From IMG/VR virus record IMGVR_UViG_3300021982_000006, positions 1 to 37,104 of that record: a stretch of DNA of 37,104 nt. One strand, written 5' to 3'. A model generated the notes under the pieces. The model was not told the DNA's origin. It did not search any database and saw nothing but the letters and a program-made list of their open reading frames with translations. Both the position numbers and the translations under genes were made by a program. The stretch is from a virus (lineage: Duplodnaviria; Caudoviricetes). The number at the start of each line of letters is the position of its first letter. The first letter of the stretch is position 1. Of this stretch, positions 35,563 to 37,104 are shown piece after piece.

Positions 35563-35675
35563 GGCGATGATAACTCACACCCAGAGACAACTGGTAATAC
35601 TGTAGAATCTGGTATTATTTTATCTGATAAAGGAGCGGTAAGTTAATATAGGCAGTCCTTAGGGGTTGCTTTTTT
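35563..35675 (+). ncRNA. Candidate structured non-coding RNA
   Basis: ORF-less unit between two terminators, preceded by TTATATTA (35551-35558); several hairpins enclosed by TAACT/AGTTA. Confidence 0.45.
35651..35675 (+). terminator. Rho-independent terminator
   Basis: GGCAGTCC-TTAG-GGGTTGCT plus T-tract. Confidence 0.75.
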
Positions 35676-35694
35676 GTTTGCAGGGTGTTATAAT
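35666..35694 (+). promoter_or_regulatory. sigmaA-type promoter
   Basis: TTGCTT-17 bp-TATAAT with TG; the -35 is inside the terminator's 3' arm. Confidence 0.7.
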
Positions 35695-35724
35695 AATTAT
35701 ATACTTATTTGAAAGGTAGTATTT

Positions 35725-36183
35725 ATGGACTATAATAAAAGCATTGATAGTGTGGAAAAATCCACAGATGTTTCAGGAATTAAAGACGTGTTAGACGTTC
35801 TTTTGGAGCTAGAAGAGGGTTATTATAATGTAGTAAACTCCTCTGCTACTCAAGAGAAAAAGATTGATACAGTTAAAAGATTTTCTAAGGAAACTTTTGG
35901 TGATATTTATGCATCAATTGCCAATCTTAACCCTGATGGAGTAAAAAGTCTTGGGGAAACGCTTAGTGCTAAGAATGCAGACTATGGAAATTCTTTTGAC
36001 AGGGGTATTGAATTGTATGGGGCTACGGGAATGACGTTGCGTATTAGTGATAAGGTTCATCGTATGCAAACATTAATGCGTTCTGCTAACACTCCACGAG
36101 TAGACGAAAGTTTACAAGATACACTTGTTGATATTCTGGGTTATCTAGTGTTAACATTTACATACAAAGAAGAGGTGCGTTAA
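35725..36183 (+). CDS. Nucleotide-modification-associated domain 1 (DUF1599/Nmad1) protein
   Basis: KNADYGNSF...LRISDKVHR...DESLQDTLVDILGYLVL signature. Confidence 0.85.
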   Translation: MDYNKSIDSVEKSTDVSGIKDVLDVLLELEEGYYNVVNSSATQEKKIDTVKRFSKETFGDIYASIANLNPDGVKSLGETLSAKNADYGNSFDRGIELYGATGMTLRISDKVHRMQTLMRSANTPRVDESLQDTLVDILGYLVLTFTYKEEVR

Positions 36184-36587
36184 TGATTTCAGAGAAGTAC
36201 AGGAACCAACGTATGTTTATTAGTTTAGTTATTTTATTTGTATTCCTAGTTGTTTCTCATTTCTTTGGTGCCTCATTCCTTATGGGATTATTAATTAGCT
36301 CAATTGCACTTGCGGTATATTTTATGACTATTTTTATTAGGTCAACTGAAATAATGCAAAACATGGAACCTAAGTTTGAGGAAAGTATTATGTACTTAAC
36401 CCTTAAAAAAGGTGAAGATATTATTCACGTATACTTGCCTGTTATAGAACTTAAAAATGGAACAGAGTTTTATCAGAAGCAATTAGACGAGGGTTATGAA
36501 GTTATTGCATTTGATATGCTTAATTTTATGTACAAGGTAGATGCTGAAACTGATAAAAGGGGCGCATTGAAAGAGCTTAATAAATAG
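36183..36587 (+). CDS. Membrane protein (2 N-terminal TM helices)
   Basis: Hydrophobic residues about 11-52; GAGG RBS; TAATG coupling. Confidence 0.72.
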   Translation: MISEKYRNQRMFISLVILFVFLVVSHFFGASFLMGLLISSIALAVYFMTIFIRSTEIMQNMEPKFEESIMYLTLKKGEDIIHVYLPVIELKNGTEFYQKQLDEGYEVIAFDMLNFMYKVDAETDKRGALKELNK

Positions 36588-36590
36588 TAT

Positions 36591-36619
36591 TTGACTTTGT
36601 TGTATAATAGTGGTATAAT
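36591..36619 (+). promoter_or_regulatory. sigmaA-type promoter for the tRNA/pnuC unit
   Basis: TTGACT-17 bp-TATAAT with TG. Confidence 0.82.
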
Positions 36620-36641
36620 TATTTCTGTTATACAACACAAC

Positions 36642-36714
36642 GCACTTATAGTTTAAATGGATAAAATAATATTCTCCTAAAATATAGATTTCAGTTCAAT
36701 TCTGAATAAGTGCA
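36642..36714 (+). tRNA. tRNA-Arg (anticodon CCU)
   Basis: Acceptor GCACTTA/TAAGTGC; D-loop with TGG; anticodon stem ATATT/AATAT with loop CT-CCT-AA; T-arm TTCAG-TTCAATT-CTGAA; CCA not encoded. Confidence 0.92.
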
Positions 36715-36857
36715 TTTGGAGGTAATTAACGTTATCGGTAATTAAGGAACAAACATACCACAACTAGCCTGAGCAAGCTTTTAACTACTCAAATAAACGA
36801 ACCCCGAATAAGGGAGATAAGGGCGCATAAGCGTAACCTAAAACAAAAGGAGTAAAG

Positions 36858-37104
36858 ATGCAACAGACATCTAATGTGGGCGCACAAACGCAAGACAAAG
36901 GGGTTTCATTACGAGACCTATTCTCAATTCGATGGTATATCGAACAAACTAAAGGGTGGAACCCTATTTCTTATTGGCTGATTATCATTGCAGCTATTGG
37001 AAATATCTATATTTCATTCTTTATGGGTCATCCAGTAACATGGGTAACCTACATCACTTATATTGCTTCGATTTTGTCTATTTGGACTATCGGAGGTATT
37101 ACCA
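36858..37104 (+). CDS. pnuC: PnuC-family (nicotinamide riboside/nucleoside) transporter, 3'-truncated
   Basis: Not in the ORF track. AGGAG RBS; MQQTSNVGAQTQDKGVSLRDLFSIRWYIEQTKGWNPISYWLIIIAAIGNIYISFFMGHPVTWVTYITYIASILSIWTIGGIT. The F--RWY--Q-KGW---SY-L start plus TM helices resembles lactobacillus PnuC/PnuN proteins as I recall them. Confidence 0.6.
   Translation, partial: MQQTSNVGAQTQDKGVSLRDLFSIRWYIEQTKGWNPISYWLIIIAAIGNIYISFFMGHPVTWVTYITYIASILSIWTIGGIT

Noticed and set aside
3853-35590. All minus-strand ORFs in the track, plus the nested plus-strand ORF 12432-12638
   Set aside because: They overlap well-supported plus-strand genes, have no recognisable motifs, and every promoter found faces +.
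35567-35605. 12-codon ORF MITHTQRQLVIL
   Set aside because: Weak, badly spaced SD and no leader-peptide bias; cannot be fully excluded.
35563-35645. Fluoride riboswitch (GGCGATG...CTGAT) or hammerhead/twister ribozyme
   Set aside because: No TCGCC partner or TGATGAC pseudoknot strand; CTGATAA is not CUGANGA and there is no GAAA core; twister motifs not matched.
1-37104. Prophage, plasmid or bacterial chromosome origin
   Set aside because: No integrase, repressor or host housekeeping genes; synteny matches lytic Herelleviridae.

Overview
A 37.1-kb, AT-rich, entirely plus-strand-coded segment of a large lytic myophage of the SPO1/Twort-like group (Herelleviridae). The host is probably a lactic acid bacterium (inferred). 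Gene order follows what I recall of phage K/A511/LP65: end of the baseplate/adsorption module, SF2 helicase, HTH 'Rep' protein, DnaB helicase, SbcD/SbcC, putative anti-sigma factor, primase, resolvase, HU/IHF, family A DNA polymerase, UvsY-like protein, SSB, RecA, phage sigma factor, Ig-domain virion protein, conserved hypothetical block, tRNA-Arg(CCU), and the start of a PnuC-like transporter. The main departures from that template are: (1) an 887-aa collagen-stalked GH32 (LevB endo-levanase-like) protein with an intact catalytic triad, probably a virion fructan depolymerase; (2) an ORF-less, structured ~110-nt unit with its own putative late promoter and terminator (candidate ncRNA, 35563-35675); (3) no nrdIEF/thioredoxin block at its usual position, alongside a Pnu-type transporter with a structured leader; (4) apparent avoidance of GATC. 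All family assignments come from motif reading and recalled synteny; no database search was run.
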